Source of the DNA: Micavibrio sp.
Lineage (GTDB): Bacteria > Pseudomonadota > Alphaproteobacteria > UBA9219
Assembly: GCA_020718105.1 (NCBI GenBank)
Contig: DYDA01000005.1
Location: 13,436-77,435 of the forward strand
Length of the DNA: 64,000 nt
Direction of reading: 5' to 3'
Numbering within the stretch: the stretch's first letter is position 1; every line of letters starts with the position of its first letter. A program made the position numbers and the translations under genes. The notes below the pieces were generated by a model, which saw only the letters and a program-made list of their open reading frames with translations, was not told where the DNA came from and searched no databases. Below, piece after piece: positions 56,817 to 64,000 of this stretch.

Positions 56817-58256
56817 TTACTGACTTACACGCAGGCTTGAAAGCGAGTCCGCAATTTGATTGAACACCCCTTCAAGGTCTGCCGAAGAAGGCGAATTAAA
56901 ATAATAATTCTCAGCCGACGCACAGGCTTTCAGCTTGTTTTGGATGTTCGTTCCGGGATTGCCCAGCGCGATGGTATAGATGTAAATGCCCGCACTTTTC
57001 ATCGTTGTGCAGACGGTTGACATCCTTGAATCCAAAGCCGTGACAGCCGCCGAACTGCTGGTCGTGCCAAGTCTCCCATCGCTAAGGTAGCCATAGGCGG
57101 TAAAGATGGTGCTGCTCATGGTATTCTCACCATCCGTCAGCAAGATCAGCGCCTTGTTCATGTGCTTTGTGCCATAATCAAGCGGCAGGCTGTTGGTATC
57201 CATCTCGCCACCCCACAGGCCGCGCCAGCGCGGGGAAAGCATATTCCAGCCCCAAAGAGCGCCTAGGTTCGTATGCGTATTACCAACGGCCACCATGCTA
57301 TTGATAGCGCTCAAAATGGTCGTTTTGTTCGATGTCATAGGCGTCATCACCTGTGGACAATAGGTGTTTGGTCCGCGTGTGCTTGTGATGCTGGCATAAG
57401 TCTTGGGCGTTCCATCGCTGTAGCGCGATGTCACCCATTTATTAACAGAGGTATAGGTGTAGGTATTATAAGGATACGGTCTGTTGTCCGTACTAGGCGA
57501 ATAATAAGCCTTATAAGTTTGAACGGTGGGGGGATCATCGATCTTGTCACGATTGTTTAACTCGCGGGCATCAACGCAGCCCCCCCATGTCGTCGGCCCC
57601 CAGATCAGGGTCGCAAAGTTAGCTTGATCGATCCATGATGTGCGCGACGTTCCTATATTCACGGTTTGTGAAAAGGGCACAAGGCCGATCCACAGATTGG
57701 GCACTGTTGTTTTTGATCCGTACAAGATATTGACCAACGATGTAGAGGCCGATTTCAAAGCGGTGAGCTTGCTTCCGGCCATAGAGCCTGTGTTATCCAG
57801 TGCCAAAACAAGTTCCAACCCTGATGCGGTTCGCGTGACCTGTGATGCGGCGGACAAAGTCATCTGGCTGATGCCAAAAACATTCATAAAGGTTGTCGGC
57901 ATGGTCGTTGTTGCCGCCAAATCGATCACCATATTATCGTCGGATACTTGCGCGGAAATGGATGGTGTTGTTGCTCCCATGTAATTTTCTGGAAAGTTAG
58001 CTGTCATATATTTGGCCAACTCATCATTCAAATTACTGGTGCTCATGGTCGATCCTGCGGCAAGGCCTGCGGCATCCAGCGAAAAGGAAAGACGCGATTG
58101 CACAAGCTGCAACCTTGCGATATCAACGGATGTTCCCACAAAGCCCATCACGCTCAAGAAGGTCAGCGCCAGCATAGGCAGGGTCATACCTCTTTCATCG
58201 CTGGCAAAGCGGCTCAGCGTTGAAGAGGAACAAAGAAATGAACGAAGTGATAGCAT
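56817..58256 (-). CDS. TadG-like pseudopilin with a von Willebrand A domain
   Basis: N-terminal Tad motif (ERGMTLPMLALTFLSVMGFVGTSVDIAR) and a vWA MIDAS-like motif (LVLALDNTGSM). The start at 58256 follows AAAGGAGAAGG. Confidence 0.82.
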   Translation of the reverse strand: MLSLRSFLCSSSTLSRFASDERGMTLPMLALTFLSVMGFVGTSVDIARLQLVQSRLSFSLDAAGLAAGSTMSTSNLNDELAKYMTANFPENYMGATTPSISAQVSDDNMVIDLAATTTMPTTFMNVFGISQMTLSAASQVTRTASGLELVLALDNTGSMAGSKLTALKSASTSLVNILYGSKTTVPNLWIGLVPFSQTVNIGTSRTSWIDQANFATLIWGPTTWGGCVDARELNNRDKIDDPPTVQTYKAYYSPSTDNRPYPYNTYTYTSVNKWVTSRYSDGTPKTYASITSTRGPNTYCPQVMTPMTSNKTTILSAINSMVAVGNTHTNLGALWGWNMLSPRWRGLWGGEMDTNSLPLDYGTKHMNKALILLTDGENTMSSTIFTAYGYLSDGRLGTTSSSAAVTALDSRMSTVCTTMKSAGIYIYTIALGNPGTNIQNKLKACASAENYYFNSPSSADLEGVFNQIADSLSSLRVSQ

Positions 58257-58269
58257 GATCCTTCTCCTT

Positions 58270-58854
58270 TTATGTCGGCGGCGTGATAAGGGGGCTAAGC
58301 CGTGGTTTATAGATAGCAACGCGATACAAATCCCCTGCGCTTAGAATCCCTGCGTTGATAAAAAGGGGCGTAAAGGCGTAATAAACCTCTGCGATGATGA
58401 CGTTATCATTATCGTTGAGGGTTAAGCCGTTGGGCAAAAGCGGCGTTGATCCCGCCGTGCCCAGTCTGCTGTCGCGAATGAGTGATCCGCCGCCTGCGTA
58501 TTGCCAGCTTATCCTCGTCGCTTGTCCGGCAGGCTTGTAGACAGAGCTGACAACAACGACCCCTTGCGCGTCAAAGGGGAAAGGTTCCATCAACTGTCCC
58601 GCTGCAAGCATAATGTTATCCAAATCATCGAGGGTCACCATCTCTGATTGAGTCACGATGTCCGTGACGGAATAGGCGATGCGATCCACGCGCTGTGACA
58701 GGATCATCAAGAAGGCTCCGTCCGAGCTGCCGAGCAAAAGGATGATCCAGATCGGCAGCGCCAACGCAAACTCAATAGCGACCGAACCTCGCTCCCGTAG
58801 GGCAAAGGAGGATTGGCGAAGAAAACGCCTCGTTGATTTAATCAGTCGGTTCAT
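58270..58854 (-). CDS. TadE-like pseudopilin
   Basis: ERGSVAIEFALALPIWIILLLGSSDGAFL is the TadE N-terminal motif. Confidence 0.82.
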   Translation of the reverse strand: MNRLIKSTRRFLRQSSFALRERGSVAIEFALALPIWIILLLGSSDGAFLMILSQRVDRIAYSVTDIVTQSEMVTLDDLDNIMLAAGQLMEPFPFDAQGVVVVSSVYKPAGQATRISWQYAGGGSLIRDSRLGTAGSTPLLPNGLTLNDNDNVIIAEVYYAFTPLFINAGILSAGDLYRVAIYKPRLSPLITPPT

Positions 58855-59359
58855 TGCGCACCACGATACGAGAGGTTAAGTTGATCTCTCTGTTTTCATC
58901 GCCAATCAAATTGCCGATCAAGGGCGTGAACAGTTGCCATGGGTAAGTAATGGTATAGACGACAACCTCGCTGGCCGTGCCCAGGCTTTCTTCTGTGCCT
59001 TGATCAGGTTGGCCAATATCGCTAAGGCTGCCATAAGATGTCGTCGTTATGGTGATCCTAGAGGGATCAAGCAAAGGCGCCAAACCACTAAGGCGCGATA
59101 ACAAGACTCCCGTTACAGTTTCAAGTTGGGTTTGGCCTTCCGCGACATAGCCCGTTTTGCCTGTGCGTGATGCGTTATAGGTCGCGTTTTCCAACAAGTG
59201 ATTAGCAAGAAGAACAAGTGACATTTCTGTGATGCCGATAAGGAGCATAATAAAAACGGGCGCGATCAGCGCAAACTCAATAGACGTCACGCCGCGCTCA
59301 CCCTTGGATCGTTTTGCGCGAAGAGAAAGAAGCCTGTACGTTTTTAAAAACTGTAACAT
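58838..59359 (-). CDS. TadE-like pseudopilin
   Basis: Contains ERGVTSIEFALIAPVFIMLLIGITEMSLVL. I took the start at MLQFLK (59359); the track start is 59404. Confidence 0.8.
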   Translation of the reverse strand: MLQFLKTYRLLSLRAKRSKGERGVTSIEFALIAPVFIMLLIGITEMSLVLLANHLLENATYNASRTGKTGYVAEGQTQLETVTGVLLSRLSGLAPLLDPSRITITTTSYGSLSDIGQPDQGTEESLGTASEVVVYTITYPWQLFTPLIGNLIGDENREINLTSRIVVRNEPTD

Positions 59360-59648
59360 CGTTAGAGCCTTTGCGTTGCCGTGAGAAAAAACACCCATTC
59401 CCATTGTTTTATTATGTCACAGTATGCTTGACGTTCGTTTAAGTTATCACGACATTTTCGAGATTGTTTAGGTTATACCAATCAATGACTGTTCGTCCCG
59501 AATCGGTCTGTGCAATAAAAGAAGATGTTGGCGGAAAAAGTTTAAAAAATACTTCGATTTTCAAATGATTTTTTTAACGCCCCCGTGACATTTGGGTCTT
59601 TGTGCATTAAACTGTGCCCCTTATCCTCCCTTACTAAAGGCTTTAGCG

Positions 59649-61046
59649 ATGACTTTATCCCATACCTTTGATCCTGTAATTATCCGTGAATACGACGTGC
59701 GTGGCACCGTCGGCAAGAACCTTGGGCGTGAGGACGCGTTGGCGCTTGGCCGCGCCTATGGCACGATGATTCGCCGCGCAGGCGGCAGCAAGGTCATGGT
59801 GGGTTATGATGGACGCACGCATTCACCGATGTTTGAGGAAGCCTTGGTTGAAGGACTGATGTCCACGGGCATGGCGATCACGCGCATAGGCCTTGGCCCC
59901 ACGCCGATGCTTTATTTCGCGACATACCAAAATGACGCTGATGCGGGCGTTATGGTGACGGGCTCGCACAATCCGCCCGATCAAAACGGGTTTAAGATGC
60001 TGATGGCGCCGCGCCTTGTTGGCGGCGGGCCTATCTATGGCGACAAGATCAAGGCGCTGGCTGAGATTGCGGCCAAGGGCGATTTTGAAGTTGGAACAGG
60101 CACGTCTCAAACACTGGATGTGAGCGAAGCTTATATCGAGCGGATGATGAAAGACTTCCAAGGCATGAAAGGCTTGCATGTCGTGTGGGACAATGGCAAC
60201 GGCTCGGCGGGCGATGTTCTGGCGCGGCTTGTTAAGCGTCTTCCCGGTAAGCACACTATTTTATTTGGCGACATTGATGGAACCTTTCCTAATCATCATC
60301 CCGATCCAACGGTTCCGAAAAACCTTATCGATTTGCAAAACGCTGTTATCGAGCAGGGCGCGGATATGGGGATCGCGTTTGATGGCGATGCGGATCGCAT
60401 TGGCGCGGTGGACGGGCAGGGGCGCATCCTTGCGGGGGATCAATTGGTGGCGATTTATGCGCGCGAGGTGCTGAAAAGCTTCCCCAACGCGACGATTATC
60501 GCGGACGTTAAGGCCTCGCAGGTTCTTTTTGACTCCATCGCCAAAGATGGCGGCAAGCCGCTCATGTGGAAGACGGGACATTCGCTGATTAAGGTCAAGA
60601 TGGCGGAAACCAAGTCGCCGCTGGCGGGCGAGATGAGCGGTCATATCTTCTTTGCCGATAAGTATTACGGCTATGACGATGCGCTTTATTGCGGCGTTCG
60701 CCTCATGTCGCTGGTGGAGACGTTTGGGCAGTCGCTCGCCGCTCTGCGTGACACGCTGCCGACCATGATCAACACGCCAGAGCTTCGCTTTGAGGTTGAT
60801 GAGGCGCGTAAGTTTGCCGTGGTGGATGAGGTGAAGGCGAGGCTCGTGGCCGCCAAGGCGAACGTCGATGATACGGATGGCGTGCGCGTTTTGACGGCGG
60901 ATGGCTGGTGGCTTTTGCGCGCGTCGAATACGCAGGCTGTTCTTGTCGCCCGCGCCGAAGCCAAAGACACGGCGGGGCTGGAGCGGCTTAAGACGCAGCT
61001 TGTCGAAGCGTTGGCCGCCAGCGGCATCGCGCCGCCAGCGTTCTAG
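59649..61046 (+). CDS. Phosphomannomutase/phosphoglucomutase (alpha-D-phosphohexomutase family)
   Basis: Active-site loop [18 protein letters not shown], metal loop AFDGDADR and sugar loop [10 protein letters not shown] took the start at ATG 59649. Confidence 0.9.
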   Translation: MTLSHTFDPVIIREYDVRGTVGKNLGREDALALGRAYGTMIRRAGGSKVMVGYDGRTHSPMFEEALVEGLMSTGMAITRIGLGPTPMLYFATYQNDADAGVMVTGSHNPPDQNGFKMLMAPRLVGGGPIYGDKIKALAEIAAKGDFEVGTGTSQTLDVSEAYIERMMKDFQGMKGLHVVWDNGNGSAGDVLARLVKRLPGKHTILFGDIDGTFPNHHPDPTVPKNLIDLQNAVIEQGADMGIAFDGDADRIGAVDGQGRILAGDQLVAIYAREVLKSFPNATIIADVKASQVLFDSIAKDGGKPLMWKTGHSLIKVKMAETKSPLAGEMSGHIFFADKYYGYDDALYCGVRLMSLVETFGQSLAALRDTLPTMINTPELRFEVDEARKFAVVDEVKARLVAAKANVDDTDGVRVLTADGWWLLRASNTQAVLVARAEAKDTAGLERLKTQLVEALAASGIAPPAF

Positions 61047-61080
61047 GACATCGGCTAAAAAACGGGGAAGGGGATCGGTG

Positions 61081-61141
61081 AAAAGGAGGCCGTGACCCAT
61101 CACAGCACGCGAAGGCGACCGCAGTCGCGCCTCCTTTTACC
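61081..61141 (+). terminator. Probable terminator after the phosphohexomutase gene
   Basis: AAAAGGAGGC ... GCCTCCTTTT outer stem, with an inner GCGAC-cgca-GTCGC hairpin, then a T-run. Confidence 0.45.
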
Positions 61142-61315
61142 TTTGAATGCCTAAGGCGAACCCGAGGTCAAAGGGTCCGCCTCTCTCTACTCTAGGCAAG
61201 GAGAAGGGTAGCGCAGCGGGAAGGGGCAAGTCAATCGAATGTTCTCTTTTTGTTCAAAACAATTTCTTGATTTTAAAAGAACGCTTGCGAAACTAATCGA
61301 TTGAATCTATTGGAA

Positions 61316-61501
61316 TATACCCATCGTGAATGAAGAGTTGGTTTTCTGGCAGCAGAAAAAAACAAGAAAACGGGATCCCCGCTTTCGCGGGGATGACGCT
61401 AAAGGAAAATGATGCCACAAAAAACACCGTCACTCCCGCGAAAGCGGGAGTCCCGTTTGTTTTCTTCACTGTTTGCCAACTCTTGAACTTTTTTAGGAAT
61501 A
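61316..61501. repeat. MITE-like element, copy F, ending 3 nt before the hslO start codon
   Basis: TATACCCATCGTGAATGAAGAGTTGG ... GCCAACTCTTGAACTTTTTTAGGAATA. Internal hairpins GGGATCCCCGCTTTCGCGGGGATGACG and CGTCACTCCCGCGAAAGCGGGAGTCCCG. Confidence 0.8.
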
Positions 61502-61504
61502 GAT

Positions 61505-62443
61505 ATGAATGACGTTAACGAAAAAAAGCTTGCCAAGCCTTTTCCATGGCTCGATGCCGTGTTGCCCTTTCAGCTGGAGGGCAACGCTTTGCGAGGCCGT
61601 TTTGTACGCCTTGGCGTCTCCATCGATACGATTTTGCGCCAACATGACTACCCCTTACCTGTTGCGCGTTTGCTGGCGGAGATGACCGCTCTGGCCGCTG
61701 CGTTAGGAATGGCCATGAAGTTTGAGGGCGTTTTTACGATCCAGACAAAGACCGATGGTGCGGTGCGCATGATGGTGGCGGACGTGACCTCGGACGGCGC
61801 GGTGCGCGCCTATGCCCAGTTTGATGAGGCGGCAATAGAAGGAGCCAAGGAGAGCGGTAGCCTTTTGGGGCGCGGCCATTTGGTCATGACGCTTGATCAA
61901 AAGTTGGGGGATGAGCGTTATCAGGGAGTCGTGCAAGTTGAGAGTGACAATCTAACCCAAGCCTTTCAGTTGTATTTTAAACAATCAGAGCAGATACCGA
62001 CAGGCCTTGTTGTTGCCGCGCATCGTGATGAAGCAGGCGCTTGGCAGGCGGGTTGTCTTATGATCCAGCGCATGCCGCGTGAGGGCGGACAGGGTGCGGC
62101 TATGCCCACCATGACGGATACGGCTATCGAGGATGATTGGCTTCGCGCCATGGCGCTTATGCAGACATGCACGCTGGATGAACTGACGGATCCGTTTTTG
62201 GCCGCGCCCGATCTGCTGTTTCGCCTGTTTCATGAGGAAGGCGTGCGCGTTTATGAGCCGTTGGCTCTGCGGCACGAATGCCGCTGTTCTCGCGATAAGA
62301 TTGCGGGCGTTCTGGCGGGAATGCCGCCGGATGAATTGAAGGCGATGGCGCAGGACGAGGGACATATTGCCGCCACATGCCAGTTTTGCAGCAAGACGTA
62401 TCGATTTGATGCGGAGAATCTAGGTTCCCCTGATCCTGTTTAA
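61505..62443 (+). CDS. hslO: Redox-regulated chaperone Hsp33
   Basis: 312 aa with a C-terminal zinc centre (CRCSRDK ... CQFCSKTYRF). Confidence 0.9.
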   Translation: MNDVNEKKLAKPFPWLDAVLPFQLEGNALRGRFVRLGVSIDTILRQHDYPLPVARLLAEMTALAAALGMAMKFEGVFTIQTKTDGAVRMMVADVTSDGAVRAYAQFDEAAIEGAKESGSLLGRGHLVMTLDQKLGDERYQGVVQVESDNLTQAFQLYFKQSEQIPTGLVVAAHRDEAGAWQAGCLMIQRMPREGGQGAAMPTMTDTAIEDDWLRAMALMQTCTLDELTDPFLAAPDLLFRLFHEEGVRVYEPLALRHECRCSRDKIAGVLAGMPPDELKAMAQDEGHIAATCQFCSKTYRFDAENLGSPDPV

Positions 62444-63010
62444 CCAACCGCCTAAGGCGATGGGGGACATGCGCAAAAGAATGTCGTCGCGTTCAAAAAA
62501 ATGATGAAGGATGGCCGCGCCTGTATGCACGCCAACCAGCAGGACAAGAACGCCTGCAAGTCCTTCATGAGATTCCTCAATAAACGGGCGAAGAAAACTG
62601 TCCGATGAAATTGTGCTCACGAGGGGAAAGTTGGGCATTGGCCAAAGGCCAAAGAGCCGAATGCTGTGCCCCTCCATGCTCACCAGCGCCCACCCTGATA
62701 GAGGAATAATAATAAGTAGGACATAAAGGCCTGTGTGAGTAAGCCTAGCCGCCCAAACTTGCCAACGTGGCATGGTGGCGACGGGAAGAGGCGGCGCAGG
62801 GTGACGATAAAGCCAAAAGAGGCGAAAAAACGTCGTCAAAAGGATCAAAATTCCGATGGTTTTGTGCGTGGTAAACAGGGCTCGCCTCACATCGGGGGGC
62901 CAGAAATCTTCACCCATGACGGCGCCAAGAACCAGCACCAAGCCTATGGCCAAGACTGTGCCCCAGTGCAAAATCTTGGCGATGGGATCATAGACTAAAG
63001 TTTGTGACAT
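62420..63010 (-). CDS. Cytochrome b561 family protein
   Basis: KILHWGTVLAIGLVL, TTHKTIGILIL, THTGLYVLLIIIPLSGW and HEGLAGVLVLLVGVHTGAAILHH (four helices with His ligands). I took the start at ATG 63010 because the track start reads into a MITE core. Confidence 0.85.
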   Translation of the reverse strand: MSQTLVYDPIAKILHWGTVLAIGLVLVLGAVMGEDFWPPDVRRALFTTHKTIGILILLTTFFRLFWLYRHPAPPLPVATMPRWQVWAARLTHTGLYVLLIIIPLSGWALVSMEGHSIRLFGLWPMPNFPLVSTISSDSFLRPFIEESHEGLAGVLVLLVGVHTGAAILHHFFERDDILLRMSPIALGGWLNRIRGT

Positions 63011-63069
63011 GGCTTTTCCTTCATATTTGTAGCAAACGCCCGTTGAGGTGAATAAAACTAACAAAAGAG

Positions 63070-63145
63070 CGTCACTCCCGCGAAAGCGGGAGTCCCGTTT
63101 TCTTTTAAAAAACAAACGGGATGCCCGCTTTCGCGGGCATGACGG
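63070..63145. repeat. MITE-family core (two hairpins, no recognisable termini), copy G
   Basis: CGTCACTCCCGCGAAAGCGGGAGTCCCG and CGGGATGCCCGCTTTCGCGGGCATGACGG, separated by an A/T-rich spacer. Confidence 0.7.
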
Positions 63146-63168
63146 AATAAAGAATTTACGTCAGGAGC

Positions 63169-64000
63169 TTACCATTTGTAGTGCGCGGCGAGGTTAAAGA
63201 TGTTTTCGGAAGAATTATCGCGGAAGAAGTCGTGTTCATACTGCGCGGCAAACATCCAATCATTGGCCAGCGATGCTGTCAAAGATGGGCTGATGTTCAC
63301 CCAATCGCGTGATTTCTTGGCTCCCTTGGTGGTGAAGCTTGATCCCGCCAGATTGGCGAACTCGGCCTTGATGGTGGATTGATCGTCGCCCAGTTCATGG
63401 TTATAGCCAACGCGCAGGGCGGGCAGAAGGACGCCACCGTTGCTCATCGCATAGGGCATAGAACCGCCCATACCAAGACTGGCAATAGCCGAAAGGTCAT
63501 CAACGCCTTTGACCTTTAAGTTGAAATTGCCTGCGCCGTCTTCTGTGAAGCTGCCAAAGTCGGCATAAGCCAAGCGGAAACCAGCATAAGGCCCATATTT
63601 CAGATTCTCATGCTTGAAGTCATAGCCTGTCTCGGCCTTGCTTGTGAATTGGAAGCCATCCGGTGAGGCCGTAGCTTTGCGCGTTGTGTCGCTCCCCGCC
63701 AAAATCGTGCGCTGGCTATCAAGGTTGTGATATCCTACGCTGATAAAGCCATCCACATAAGCATTGTCGGCATAGTCACTTGTACCATACGCGGATAGAG
63801 CCACACTATCGGCCTGCAAATCGCCAAGGCTTTGTGTCGTTAGGCTGCTGTGGGCATAAGTCAAAGCCAACCCGACATAGCTGTTATCCTGAACGCGGTA
63901 GTCTATGCCAGCCGTTATACCTGCGCGAACAGCCTTGGCCTTGGCGCTGTCTGTTTGGTGTTCATCATGGCCAAAGCCTGCCTCACCGGAATAAAAGGTT
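63169..64000 (-). CDS. Autotransporter beta-barrel domain protein, C-terminal part (5' end beyond the window)
   Basis: The frame is open to nt 64000 (the TTG at 63870 in the track is internal). It shows alternating beta-strand patterning and a terminal aromatic signature (FNLAAHYKW). Confidence 0.8.
   Translation of the reverse strand, partial: TFYSGEAGFGHDEHQTDSAKAKAVRAGITAGIDYRVQDNSYVGLALTYAHSSLTTQSLGDLQADSVALSAYGTSDYADNAYVDGFISVGYHNLDSQRTILAGSDTTRKATASPDGFQFTSKAETGYDFKHENLKYGPYAGFRLAYADFGSFTEDGAGNFNLKVKGVDDLSAIASLGMGGSMPYAMSNGGVLLPALRVGYNHELGDDQSTIKAEFANLAGSSFTTKGAKKSRDWVNISPSLTASLANDWMFAAQYEHDFFRDNSSENIFNLAAHYKW

Overview
This is a chromosomal window from an alphaproteobacterium-like, mid-GC genome. 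The supporting hallmarks are the fusA-tuf-S10-spc cluster, NtrX, a SciP/DUF1153-like gene, a TIGR02186-like gene, and a GAAC-N7-GAAC SOS box before recA.

- 1-12.3 kb: the 3' end of fusA, tuf, and 21 ribosomal-protein genes (rpsJ to rplO). The cluster ends at a strong terminator instead of continuing into secY-adk-rpsM.
- 12.4-23.2 kb: suhB, a DapL-like aminotransferase, an orphan ntrX, a DUF192 protein, a gmhA-like SIS protein, a multi-TM hybrid histidine kinase paired with a REC-EAL protein, and a short malic enzyme.
- 23.3-27.4 kb: one tight co-directional block holding a frameshifted pentapeptide-repeat gene, an unrecognisable 373-aa gene, and an Fe-S-type U32 family protein. This is my best candidate for an undescribed function.
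- 27.6-33.9 kb: der, a HAD hydrolase, a YerC-like regulator, an FkbM-like methyltransferase, recA, and dusB. dusB is preceded by a 13-unit heptanucleotide repeat.
- 33.9-42.7 kb: an anaerobic block with pflA, pflB, a divergent four-subunit group-3b-type NiFe hydrogenase, its maturation protease, and a HypA lacking the Zn-finger module.
- 42.7-64 kb: a mixed region. It holds tRNA-Met, an AT-rich islet with orphan genes, an unlisted 29-aa Lys/Ala peptide ORF, an MFS transporter, a GGDEF protein, an alpha2-type GlyRS, a CoADR-rhodanese/TauE/TIGR02186/USP operon, tRNA-Phe, ubiA, a sciP-like gene, tadE-tadE-tadG, PMM/PGM, hslO, cytochrome b561 and a partial autotransporter.

A family of roughly 180-bp MITE-like palindromic elements (at least 7 copies) occupies intergenic regions and creates false ORFs and false N-terminal extensions in the ORF track. 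I saw no transposase, integrase, CRISPR array, rRNA or recognisable defence system. Hand-derived coordinates may be off by 1-2 nt.
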